Assembly: GCA_030018555.1 (NCBI GenBank) | Contig: JASEHY010000001.1 | Span: 1-30,444 of the forward strand | DNA length: 30,444 nt | DNA from: Planctomycetota bacterium | Lineage (GTDB): Bacteria > Planctomycetota > MHYJ01 > JACQXL01 | Direction of reading: 5' to 3' | In this document: positions 7,930 through 16,056 of the stretch, piece by piece | Layout of the letters: each line of letters begins with the position of its first letter | Position numbering within the stretch: position 1 is the first letter of the stretch | The notes under the pieces: model-generated | The model's database searches: none | The model's input: the letters and a program-made list of their open reading frames with translations, nothing else | What the model was told of the DNA's origin: nothing | Program-made: the position numbers and the translations under genes

Positions 7930-9093
7930 TTAATCTATCCTTGCTCTGCGCCCGCTTATAAGCACTTCACCTTTAACCCCTGAAGCTTCCGCTTCTTGTT
8001 CAGAAGAAAAGGACGGGATGTTTCCTTCTTCTGGTCGCTGTCCGCTTATTCTTTTGCGTAACTTACTTACGGCAAACCCTGCATCGCTGAAATAGTTAAT
8101 GGTTATTTCCTGATTTCTCTCAATATCTTTCATAACATCAAGAGTTTTAGACAGAAATACTTCATTAGTATCTGTCGCTTTTGGATAGTTGGGAGCTAAC
8201 ATATTTAATTCAGGATAACCAGCCGCAACACCAGTAACCCACTTTCTATATTTTTGAAATGACCTGCCAATTGAAGATTTTAATGTGGCAAACTCTGCAC
8301 CTTTCATTTGTCCTAACATATCGGAAATTGCCCCTGGACGGGTAGAAAAACCAGGCCCCAACTGCAATCCTTCATTTTTCAACATCTGCATATTTTTATC
8401 TAAATCCTGCTTGGTTGACGACATTTCAGCCAAATCTCTGGCTTCTTTAGCGGGTAATGTTTTCTTTCTCTCAATGGTTGGTATTTGTTGTTTTATGCCT
8501 CTGATAGTTTGAGTGGTAGTCTTAATTATGTAATCATCTTTTTCTTCTTCAGGTATGCCCAATTTAGCAAGGGTATCTTTTTCGTTTGCCGTTACCTCTC
8601 CCGATTGTTCTAATGCCTGTAATTGTTTTTGTTTTATCTTTAATTCGGTAGATTTCAATTCACTCTCGGTAGTAGCTTTTCTCTGGTATTTTCCTTGTCC
8701 TGCTATTGCTTCAAATGGAGTCCCCCTAAAACTTACCTCGCCTGCTTCTAATGGAACTCCCTGTATAGTTTCTTCCTCAAAGACTGGCTTGCCCGCAATG
8801 CTGGAAATCTGCCTGCTGGGTATCTTAGTTAATTCTCCACCCAATATAGCTTTACCAAATTCTCTTTTGTTAGCTTCTTCGGTCTGAATTTTCTCTAATT
8901 CCTTACGATAATTATATTCATACTGCAATCCCGTTAGTGTTTTCTGTAATTCTGCCTCTTCTTTCTTGCGCTCCTTATCTTCTTGGTATCTCCTTGCCTG
9001 AGCCTCCCGAAATCGCCCCAGAATAACATTGAAAGGATTACCTTCGCTCTGTCTGCGTCCCGCCTCAATACCCTCTACAAATGGACTCGCCAT
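7930..9093 (-). CDS. Putative DNA ejection (internal virion) protein 2
   Basis: Helical, K/E/Q-rich, in the position of the middle ejection protein. Confidence 0.6.
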   Translation of the reverse strand: MASPFVEGIEAGRRQSEGNPFNVILGRFREAQARRYQEDKERKKEEAELQKTLTGLQYEYNYRKELEKIQTEEANKREFGKAILGGELTKIPSRQISSIAGKPVFEEETIQGVPLEAGEVSFRGTPFEAIAGQGKYQRKATTESELKSTELKIKQKQLQALEQSGEVTANEKDTLAKLGIPEEEKDDYIIKTTTQTIRGIKQQIPTIERKKTLPAKEARDLAEMSSTKQDLDKNMQMLKNEGLQLGPGFSTRPGAISDMLGQMKGAEFATLKSSIGRSFQKYRKWVTGVAAGYPELNMLAPNYPKATDTNEVFLSKTLDVMKDIERNQEITINYFSDAGFAVSKLRKRISGQRPEEGNIPSFSSEQEAEASGVKGEVLISGRRARID

Positions 9094-9102
9094 TTTTCTC
9101 CT

Positions 9103-10266
9103 TTAAAAATACTTAACCCTATCTCCTAATAAAGCAGGGTATTTCTTTTTAAGATTAGTTACGCTGCTTCCTGAAATCCCGCCCAATTCATCAAATACAT
9201 CGTATTCAGCTCCCGCCTTACGAAGCCCCGATAAGTCAGTAGGCGCACTCCCCCCAGGTGGGGTCTTCGGGGCAGTAGTAGGTAGATCTCCCAGATAATC
9301 TGCTCCAATCTGCCCGATTGCCGACAATCCTGCTTCGGCAGGAGAAATTATCCCACCCTTAAATCCTTCTATACCCATTCTACTCCGATAGCCTTCTGAA
9401 ATTGAGGGTTGATAGATACCTGCGGCTTGCGTAGCTACGGAAGCAGACCTGCCCTTTGATGATGCGCTGGCATTCTCCATAAGCTGTAAGAAATCCGATA
9501 GTTCAGCCCTTGAACGCTCTTTTTCGGTTAATGCCCGCTCTCCCACTGTTCCCGCTTCACCTCTTGCGCCTGAAGATAATGCTTGATAAGCTTGTATAGT
9601 TTGAAAGGCGTTAGATAATGACTGCTGCCGTGCTGCCTGTCTTTCTGCTGCTGATTTTATGGCTAAATCTACTCCTGCCCGGCCTAATTGCTCAAATCTA
9701 ATTCCGCCTTCAGGAGTGCCACCGAATACGCCCCGCCTATTAGCTTCGGCATTAACCATTTGTCTGGCTAATTCTAATTGCTGTGGTAAGGTATCTTCAA
9801 AAGTCCCGCCTGGGGTTTTCGCTTCGCCAAGTATTTGGTCTGCAAACGCTATCGCCGAGGGGCCTTCTTCTCTGAATAATTCTTCGCCTGTCTTGCCTTG
9901 TCTTGCGGCTATCTTATCTAAAAGCTGCCTTGTCTGTGGGCCAACCTCACGAAGCAACTCCTCGCCCAGCAATCCCGCTCTGCGCTCAAGTTCTTTTTGT
10001 TGTTTAGCCTCTAACCCCTCAGAAATCTTTATCGGTTGTTCGCCTTCAGGCAGTCCATATAACCTCTGTTCTCTGGCTAATTCCCCAGGGGTAAGTCCGA
10101 ACTTCTCTTCTAATCTCCGCTGTTCGGCTATTGCTGTTTGCTGTTGTTCCTTAACTAAATCTTCAGCTCTTTTTGCCGCTTTCTTTTTTTGGCTGGAGGC
10201 GATTGCTGAAGCCCCTGCCGTCGCAGCCGTAGCCGCAATTGCTATTGGAATCGCTATCGGAGGCAT
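9103..10266 (-). CDS. Putative DNA ejection (internal virion) protein 1
   Basis: Ala-rich hydrophobic start (MPPIAIPIAIAATAATAGASAIAS) followed by KKKAAK and a Q/A/G-rich helical body, typical of first ejection proteins. Confidence 0.65.
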   Translation of the reverse strand: MPPIAIPIAIAATAATAGASAIASSQKKKAAKRAEDLVKEQQQTAIAEQRRLEEKFGLTPGELAREQRLYGLPEGEQPIKISEGLEAKQQKELERRAGLLGEELLREVGPQTRQLLDKIAARQGKTGEELFREEGPSAIAFADQILGEAKTPGGTFEDTLPQQLELARQMVNAEANRRGVFGGTPEGGIRFEQLGRAGVDLAIKSAAERQAARQQSLSNAFQTIQAYQALSSGARGEAGTVGERALTEKERSRAELSDFLQLMENASASSKGRSASVATQAAGIYQPSISEGYRSRMGIEGFKGGIISPAEAGLSAIGQIGADYLGDLPTTAPKTPPGGSAPTDLSGLRKAGAEYDVFDELGGISGSSVTNLKKKYPALLGDRVKYF

Positions 10267-10664
10267 AACACTCCCCTACCTTTCCATATATTTAATTTAG
10301 ACATATCAGGGCTAAGCCAGGATATTGTCTTAGGGTTTTCCTTCCTAACCACTTCCCTTAACCCCCTTAAAATTATCTTTGCTCCGCCTGCTAACAGATA
10401 TAAAAAATGTATATTCTGACCTTTTTCACTTAACATCTGTAAAGCATCCTGTGGGTTATCTACTTTCATAAAACCATACTGAAGTTTCCATAGAGTATCA
10501 TCGGTAACCCGTGCATACATTGCCGCACCTAAAAACTTATCTCCGTCTTTTACCGTGATAACTTTATCTTCGTTCTTATCTAATAAACTCAATATCTGCC
10601 AATAGGCGAATCTATTTTTTAGCCCCGGATAGTTCTCATAGATGTATTTGGAAAGCTCAATCAC
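10254..10664 (-). CDS. Acyltransferase/GNAT-like small protein preceding the ejection genes
   Basis: Position matches the GNAT-like gene of podoviruses (T7 gp13-like slot); alpha/beta pattern. The fold call is inference. Confidence 0.4.
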   Translation of the reverse strand: MIELSKYIYENYPGLKNRFAYWQILSLLDKNEDKVITVKDGDKFLGAAMYARVTDDTLWKLQYGFMKVDNPQDALQMLSEKGQNIHFLYLLAGGAKIILRGLREVVRKENPKTISWLSPDMSKLNIWKGRGVLCLR

Positions 10665-11022
10665 TCAAGGCCTCCCCTAAGTTTTCCAAATCATCATCAG
10701 TCAAATTTAGCTTTTGTTTAATGGCGTTCTTTTTATCAAGTTTTTCCTGTTTCTCCTCTTGCTTAACCTTATCAAAATTATGTGTCTTGATTATGTCTGA
10801 TATGATTTTTCTCTCCTGCGCCGTAAGTTCTCTTTCGTTTAACTTAATTTCTATCTTATCCCCAACAGTATTCATATAACCTTGCTGGTTTTTACCAGAT
10901 AAAATAATCCCAGTAAAAAGCTCTATTTCCTTTAACAATTTATCAGCATAAAATCTATCTTTAGTAAATTCTTCAGCAAGGCATATACTTGTCAATAAAA
11001 AGAATACAATTAAAAATTTCAT
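10657..11022 (-). CDS. Tail fibre assembly chaperone-like protein with signal peptide
   Basis: Directly follows the fibre gene; C-terminal KQKLNLTDDDLENL helix; signal MKFLIVFFLLTSICLA. Confidence 0.55.
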   Translation of the reverse strand: MKFLIVFFLLTSICLAEEFTKDRFYADKLLKEIELFTGIILSGKNQQGYMNTVGDKIEIKLNERELTAQERKIISDIIKTHNFDKVKQEEKQEKLDKKNAIKQKLNLTDDDLENLGEALSD

Positions 11023-11030
11023 AACTCCTC

Positions 11031-11951
11031 CTATTTAAGTTCTATAACTTGCATTGTCCTCTCTACGCAAGTTCCCGTATTAGCACTTACCTTCCATTGC
11101 ATTTTCCAGGTATGAGAACCTACCCCAGGAGTAGAAAGAAAAGAACCCGCTAAGATTTGGTTATAACTTCCGGTTGATACCCGTGAAATTCTCTCAGTAG
11201 TTTGCTGGTCTGAACCGTCCAAATCTATTATAACCTGGGTTTCTCCTCCTGCTATATTATTATAAAAATCTCCACTGTAAATAACTAAACAAGGATTTGC
11301 GCCAGTAGTCAAGGTTACGGACATACTTAGTAAATCTACATAACTCGTAGAGGTTGTGGTCGTATCCGTTGTGTCTGACGCCTGTGATGATTGATGCGCC
11401 GATGCTATTAAAGTTCCGCTGGTTGGCAAAGTAACATTGGTCGCTCCCGTAGTTGTAAGAAGTAAAGTATTCCCTGCTGTTCCAAGAGGGATTATCCCAC
11501 CATTATCCTGAAAGGTTTGCGTCCTGTCCGCAGTCGGGTCGGTAATAGACAAGGTAGTTTCAAAAGTATTATCAGTAGTTCCTTCCATAATTAAAGAATT
11601 TCCGTGGATTACTATTGATGGGGCAACGCCATCGTCGGAGAATATCCAATAATTATTCGTATCATCATAACGCAAGAATGGCTTGTTGGTATCGGCATTA
11701 TTCGCCGAAACCTGCTTATTCCCAGAGGTGGCATCTCCCACAGAAAGTGTATTTGCGGTCTGGTCTATATCGTTATGGTCGTGGGCGTTAAACTTGGTAG
11801 AAACTTCATTATTGCGGGTATTTTCATCACTTGCGGTAATTGTTGTGCCATCGGTTGCTGAAGGCGTAATACTCATTGAATTTGAGGGCGCACATAGAAC
11901 TCTATTTGCAAATACTGTTACTAAGAATAATGCCAATAATAATTTTCTCAT
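11031..11951 (-). CDS. Tail fibre protein with signal peptide
   Basis: Signal MRKLLLALFLVTVFANRVLCA, then a GTTITASDEN...NAHDH fibre-anchor-like motif, a Thr-rich shaft and a beta-sandwich tip (TTSTSYVDL...HTWKMQWKV). Confidence 0.75.
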   Translation of the reverse strand: MRKLLLALFLVTVFANRVLCAPSNSMSITPSATDGTTITASDENTRNNEVSTKFNAHDHNDIDQTANTLSVGDATSGNKQVSANNADTNKPFLRYDDTNNYWIFSDDGVAPSIVIHGNSLIMEGTTDNTFETTLSITDPTADRTQTFQDNGGIIPLGTAGNTLLLTTTGATNVTLPTSGTLIASAHQSSQASDTTDTTTTSTSYVDLLSMSVTLTTGANPCLVIYSGDFYNNIAGGETQVIIDLDGSDQQTTERISRVSTGSYNQILAGSFLSTPGVGSHTWKMQWKVSANTGTCVERTMQVIELK

Positions 11952-11961
11952 AATTATTCTC

Positions 11962-12279
11962 CTATGGAATATCTGTTAATTGACTACAACGCCAAGTAGT
12001 AGAACTATCACTATTTTCACAATGATAAACATTCCCACCTGTTTGTAATTGTAATTGGTCTCCTTTCTTACCAGAACGACTGCCATCAGGATTAGTTTCT
12101 ACTACTTCTAATCTATGAAAGTTCGTGTATAATTCCTGAAGATATAATTGTTCAGCTATCGGCTCACCCGATAGTGGAGGCGGCGCAGAAATTTTGTCGG
12201 CATAAAGCGAAAAGCAGGTCGCTAAAATAATACCAAAAAATAGTCCCTTAAAAAATCTAAACACGGTCTCCCTGTTCAA
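11962..12279 (-). CDS. Small tail-associated protein with signal peptide
   Basis: Lies between the nozzle and fibre genes; hydrophobic LFFGIILATCFSLYA leader. Confidence 0.6.
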   Translation of the reverse strand: MNRETVFRFFKGLFFGIILATCFSLYADKISAPPPLSGEPIAEQLYLQELYTNFHRLEVVETNPDGSRSGKKGDQLQLQTGGNVYHCENSDSSTTWRCSQLTDIP

Positions 12280-13822
12280 GGTAAATCTCCCACCCTTTAA
12301 CTTCTACAGGTTCATCAAGGTTAGAATTTGAAAACTTTATTTGGTAGAAGTCTCCCTCTTTATTAACCTCTACCCTTCCGATAATAAGATTTTGCCCCCC
12401 ATACGCATCTACTCCAAAAACCGCAGTTCCCCACAAAGAACCGCTCCCCGCCAATGATATGCTTTCGGTAGTTCCTGTAGTCTCAAAATCTTTACGCATC
12501 TCGGCAACAAGATTATAATTGCCTTTCTGGTTAGCGAAAACCTTGAGCAATTTCCAGTCCTTTTGTGGTGATAATTCGGGGAAATAAAACTGTTTAGTTG
12601 TATAAATTGTCTCTATCGCTGTCCCTGCGTCATTAGTTCCCGAAGGATACTTATAAACAAATCCTCCGTAATCCCCGAAAACAAGCATATCCTTGCCTGT
12701 GCCATCATCGGCAACGGCGATAACGTTAGCGTTTATTCCCACGAATTTCGTCCAAGCAAGGTGAAAGGTATCAAAAGATAAGATACGATTATGAGTTTCA
12801 TTGCTTGATGTAGAAAAGGCAAGATAATAATCTTTGTCAAAGAGTTCTCCTACAACGTATTGAAAACGGTTAAAGTTCGCTCCATCAATAGTTCCTTGTA
12901 TCTTTGTAGAGATAAGTTTTATACCGATAGCTCCGTCATAAATATAAATATCGCCTTGTGATGAAACAAAAAAGAAATCATTTCCTATCCTTGAAATACT
13001 TTTCGGAGATAATGTTCCTACATTAGAAATCATCCTCTGGAGTTGAAAAGTATCTTTATCATCTCCTGATAATCTCCAGATAGAATAATCTTTCCAGATG
13101 TAGAGGGCGTCAAACCCTGGAACAATAGCCCTGATAACAGAACCATCGTTCGTTTCAATACTAACATTTCCACTTAATCCTGTAGTCCAATTTTCTATGT
13201 TCCCGACATCGGTAAAATAAAGCGTGGAAGGATTTGTATTATTCCCTGCGGCAAAACCCATCCGCTTATGATACGCAACCAATGTAGCGTTAGGCGGAGA
13301 ACCCGAAAGTGCGACAGCATTGCCTGAACCTGTCCATTTATAAGGCGCAGTAGTATTAAGCCCATCCTCAATAATAAGCGTATCTTCGCCAATAGCAAAC
13401 GAAGAAAGATTGTTACCTGTAATTGCAAAAGAAAGACTGCCTGTAATATCGTCCCAAGTTCCGTCTGGACCGCCGCCCACCTGATAATCCATCTTGCGGA
13501 TTTTGTCATCGTCAAATACTCCTATAAGATATTTTGTTCCAGAGGTAGGTTTGTAATACTTTATTCCTGTGCAGATGACCGAAGCCCCAAGCGTCGTAGA
13601 GTTCAACTTTGCCGAACCACCTCTTGTTTTCCAATTACCAGAAGTAGTAAAAACTACATTCTGCAAATCGCTGGCTTCGTTATCCTCTATAGCTATAGGG
13701 CTAAAAGCATCATTCATCCCGCCATTGTTATTAAAAAATGATGCCTTTACCCATTTAACTTCCGCAAAGGCATTACAGGTAATCAAGAAGAAAGAAAGTA
13801 ATAATGAAAGTATTTTCTTCAT
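12257..13822 (-). CDS. Tail nozzle/stabilisation protein (P22 gp10/T7 gp12-like beta-propeller) with signal peptide
   Basis: After signal MKKILSLLLSFFLITCNAFA comes the nozzle-type N-terminus (GGMND...IEDNEASDLQNV...GNWKTRGG), propeller blades (LYFTDVGNIENW, LYIWKDYSIWRL, VGTLSPKSISRIGNDFFF) and a C-terminal closing domain. Confidence 0.8.
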   Translation of the reverse strand: MKKILSLLLSFFLITCNAFAEVKWVKASFFNNNGGMNDAFSPIAIEDNEASDLQNVVFTTSGNWKTRGGSAKLNSTTLGASVICTGIKYYKPTSGTKYLIGVFDDDKIRKMDYQVGGGPDGTWDDITGSLSFAITGNNLSSFAIGEDTLIIEDGLNTTAPYKWTGSGNAVALSGSPPNATLVAYHKRMGFAAGNNTNPSTLYFTDVGNIENWTTGLSGNVSIETNDGSVIRAIVPGFDALYIWKDYSIWRLSGDDKDTFQLQRMISNVGTLSPKSISRIGNDFFFVSSQGDIYIYDGAIGIKLISTKIQGTIDGANFNRFQYVVGELFDKDYYLAFSTSSNETHNRILSFDTFHLAWTKFVGINANVIAVADDGTGKDMLVFGDYGGFVYKYPSGTNDAGTAIETIYTTKQFYFPELSPQKDWKLLKVFANQKGNYNLVAEMRKDFETTGTTESISLAGSGSLWGTAVFGVDAYGGQNLIIGRVEVNKEGDFYQIKFSNSNLDEPVEVKGWEIYLEQGDRV

Positions 13823-14943
13823 CGGTTATAAGAAATCGGCACACCATAATCCGCAGGCAAATTGTATCTCCTGCGGTTCATCGCAATATCATCTTGAGAG
13901 CGTCTTGGAAAAGACAAGCTTCTTGATATATTTCCAATTCTCGCCCACATCTCTTGTTTTTGAGCGTTAAACATCGCCTCTTGCTTTGTGGCCTCGTCTT
14001 TATCTTTGGTCATCCACGCCCAGATAAGGCCTGCGGTAATTAAGATATAGTGGTATTTTTCTGGAAGGTCAGGAATATCTTCGTCGTTTATCAGGGGAAA
14101 AGGTATTCTTTGATAGCGGAAATAAATGTTTTCTGCGGCATCGGGTATCGGGAAAAATTGTATTATATAATTATCAAGGTGTATAGTATAAGAAGTTCCT
14201 GCCGACACGGTAACGGAGAGTTTCTCATATATAGTTATCTGCGTATTGCTATCAACGGATTTTACGGTATAAACATTGCTTCCTATGGTAATCCTGCTCC
14301 CTCTGCCTAATCCCTCCACGCCTGTCCAAACAGTGCTTGAGCCTGTCAATACAGAAAGATTAACCGTTCCCGATAATGTTCCTGTGGTATAGGTATCAAG
14401 TTTAGTCCCCGATAAAATCTCAAAATCAGGGCTTCCTTTACTTTGTGGGGTAGGTTCATAAATATCAAACGCTGTCGGCTCAATACCTACCAAAGCAATT
14501 CCATTTTCTATCTGGCGCATTACTTTATAGACATCGCAGTCTGCGGGTAGGCGGTATTCATCCTTATAGATAGAAAAGGTCTTCCCCGCTTCCGTAGTTC
14601 CCTGATATGCCGCCTCAAGGGTTACTTCAGTAGTAGATACGAACGCCGAAATACGATAATAGGCGTTTTCACTGCCCATTCGTATTTTGCGCCCTACCAT
14701 AGCGGCAGTAAAAGTCGTTCCGCTTCCCGTTATCGTTTTTGAAGCATTAGTCGCAGTTACCGTTCCTGTTTCATAAGGGGCGATAGTAGCGATAAACCCT
14801 TCGGTCATTAAATAAGGCAGGTCAGCGGCGGTGAGCTTATCAAGCCCCATTTGAATAGAGTCCTTAATCAGCGCTCGCTGTCCTGTAACATTAGAGATGG
14901 ATTCTACCCTTGTATAAATCGTCGAGAACTGTAATCTTGGCAT
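13819..14943 (-). CDS. Head-to-tail adaptor (tail tubular protein A/P22 gp4-like) with two inserted beta domains
   Basis: Conserved ending FFPIPDAAENIYFRYQR...DIPDLPEKYHYILITAGL; gene lies immediately upstream of the nozzle; no signal peptide. Confidence 0.75.
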   Translation of the reverse strand: MPRLQFSTIYTRVESISNVTGQRALIKDSIQMGLDKLTAADLPYLMTEGFIATIAPYETGTVTATNASKTITGSGTTFTAAMVGRKIRMGSENAYYRISAFVSTTEVTLEAAYQGTTEAGKTFSIYKDEYRLPADCDVYKVMRQIENGIALVGIEPTAFDIYEPTPQSKGSPDFEILSGTKLDTYTTGTLSGTVNLSVLTGSSTVWTGVEGLGRGSRITIGSNVYTVKSVDSNTQITIYEKLSVTVSAGTSYTIHLDNYIIQFFPIPDAAENIYFRYQRIPFPLINDEDIPDLPEKYHYILITAGLIWAWMTKDKDEATKQEAMFNAQKQEMWARIGNISRSLSFPRRSQDDIAMNRRRYNLPADYGVPISYNR

Positions 14944-14952
14944 AGCGTCTCT

Positions 14953-15429
14953 TTATTTTTTCTTCGGTTTCTCTTCTTTAGGTTTTTCTTCTTTTGGTTT
15001 TTCACTCAATTCTTCTAACTTCTTTGTGTATTGTTCAATAAGCAGGCTTGCCTTGTGTTCTTTTTCAGAAGCTGTTGCTATTACTTTATCCGCACTTTTT
15101 TGCATATCGGATATTGACTTTCCCGTCTCCTGAAGCTTCGCCATTTGTTCTCTAATTGCCTCAGAGTCTTTTTCTCTCTGTTCAACAAGGGCTAACTTGG
15201 CCTGCGCTTCCTTAAGCAATTTATTAACTTTTACGATTTTCTCTTGGCACTCATCATCGCAACTCTGTTTCATCTGTGCGATTTCTTTATTCGCTCTATC
15301 TTGAGCGGAGATTATCTCTTTGGCTAATGTTTCTAATTCAGCATTTAACGCTATTTTGCGGCTTTCCTTAAGCTTAATTTCCGCATCAAGGGTTGATAAG
15401 TTCTGTAAATCTACCTCAATCTTAGACAT
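14953..15429 (-). CDS. Coiled-coil protein
   Basis: Continuous heptads and a C-terminal KPKEE repeat. Confidence 0.65.
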   Translation of the reverse strand: MSKIEVDLQNLSTLDAEIKLKESRKIALNAELETLAKEIISAQDRANKEIAQMKQSCDDECQEKIVKVNKLLKEAQAKLALVEQREKDSEAIREQMAKLQETGKSISDMQKSADKVIATASEKEHKASLLIEQYTKKLEELSEKPKEEKPKEEKPKKK

Positions 15430-16048
15430 TTGCCTCCTCCTTTTTCAATCCTAAAAAGTTTTCTTTTTCAATTTCAAATTTCCGCATATCGGAGTTAAGT
15501 TCGCCAATCCTATCGTTCCACCACTTCTCCTGTTGTTTTATTCCTTTCTCTCTGGCGACAAGGGATTGTTTTTCTGCTTCTATCTTCTCAAGCATTGCTC
15601 CCGCCTCGGCAATGGTAATCTTCGCTTCATTCAACTGGTCGTTTATAGATGTTTTGTAAATCTCAAAGTTAGCCCTCTGCTTATTTAGTTCGGATATTTT
15701 ACTTTCCAGCTCCATCGTCTTTTGTTCTCTGCGCTGAACTTCCAGTTCCCTATCGTTGATTTTGCGCTCAATAAGTTCGGCGGTGTCAATTCGCTTCTCG
15801 GCTTCAATTCTTTTTATCTCAATCTTTCTCTCTTCGGCGGCAAACTTATTATAAGTTTCGTTCTCGGAAACTTTATCCGTATATTCCTTTTTTACATCTG
15901 CGCTGTGTTTCTGCGCCTCAAGGTTGCTTAAGGTAATTTGAAGTTTTGAGATTTCTTCAGTAATGTTTTCCTTAATCTTTTTCAATGCGGCAATCTCGTC
16001 CAACTCTTTATTTACCCGCTCAATGTTTATTACTTTCTTTTCTTTCAT
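15422..16048 (-). CDS. Long coiled-coil protein
   Basis: K/E/I/L-rich heptads over nearly the full length. Confidence 0.65.
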   Translation of the reverse strand: MKEKKVINIERVNKELDEIAALKKIKENITEEISKLQITLSNLEAQKHSADVKKEYTDKVSENETYNKFAAEERKIEIKRIEAEKRIDTAELIERKINDRELEVQRREQKTMELESKISELNKQRANFEIYKTSINDQLNEAKITIAEAGAMLEKIEAEKQSLVAREKGIKQQEKWWNDRIGELNSDMRKFEIEKENFLGLKKEEANV

Positions 16049-16056
16049 ATTTCTCC

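Noticed and set aside
9659-10300. 213-aa plus-strand ORF, and the other plus-strand track ORFs opposite structural genes (e.g. 3417-3623, 7148-7432, 8555-8887, 13569-13970, 17317-17640, 18234-18557, 20713-21108, 25311-25706)
   Set aside because: They are antisense shadows of well-supported minus-strand genes, with Ser/Pro/Leu-rich composition, no RBS and no recognisable motifs.
13195-13515. 106-aa minus-strand ORF nested out of frame in the nozzle gene (possible Rz1-like overlap)
   Set aside because: No lipobox, no RBS and no recognisable features; consistent with an alternate-frame artefact.
14955-15010. KPKEE-coding repeats at the end of the coiled-coil gene
   Set aside because: An ordinary low-complexity charged tail with degenerate codons, not an array.
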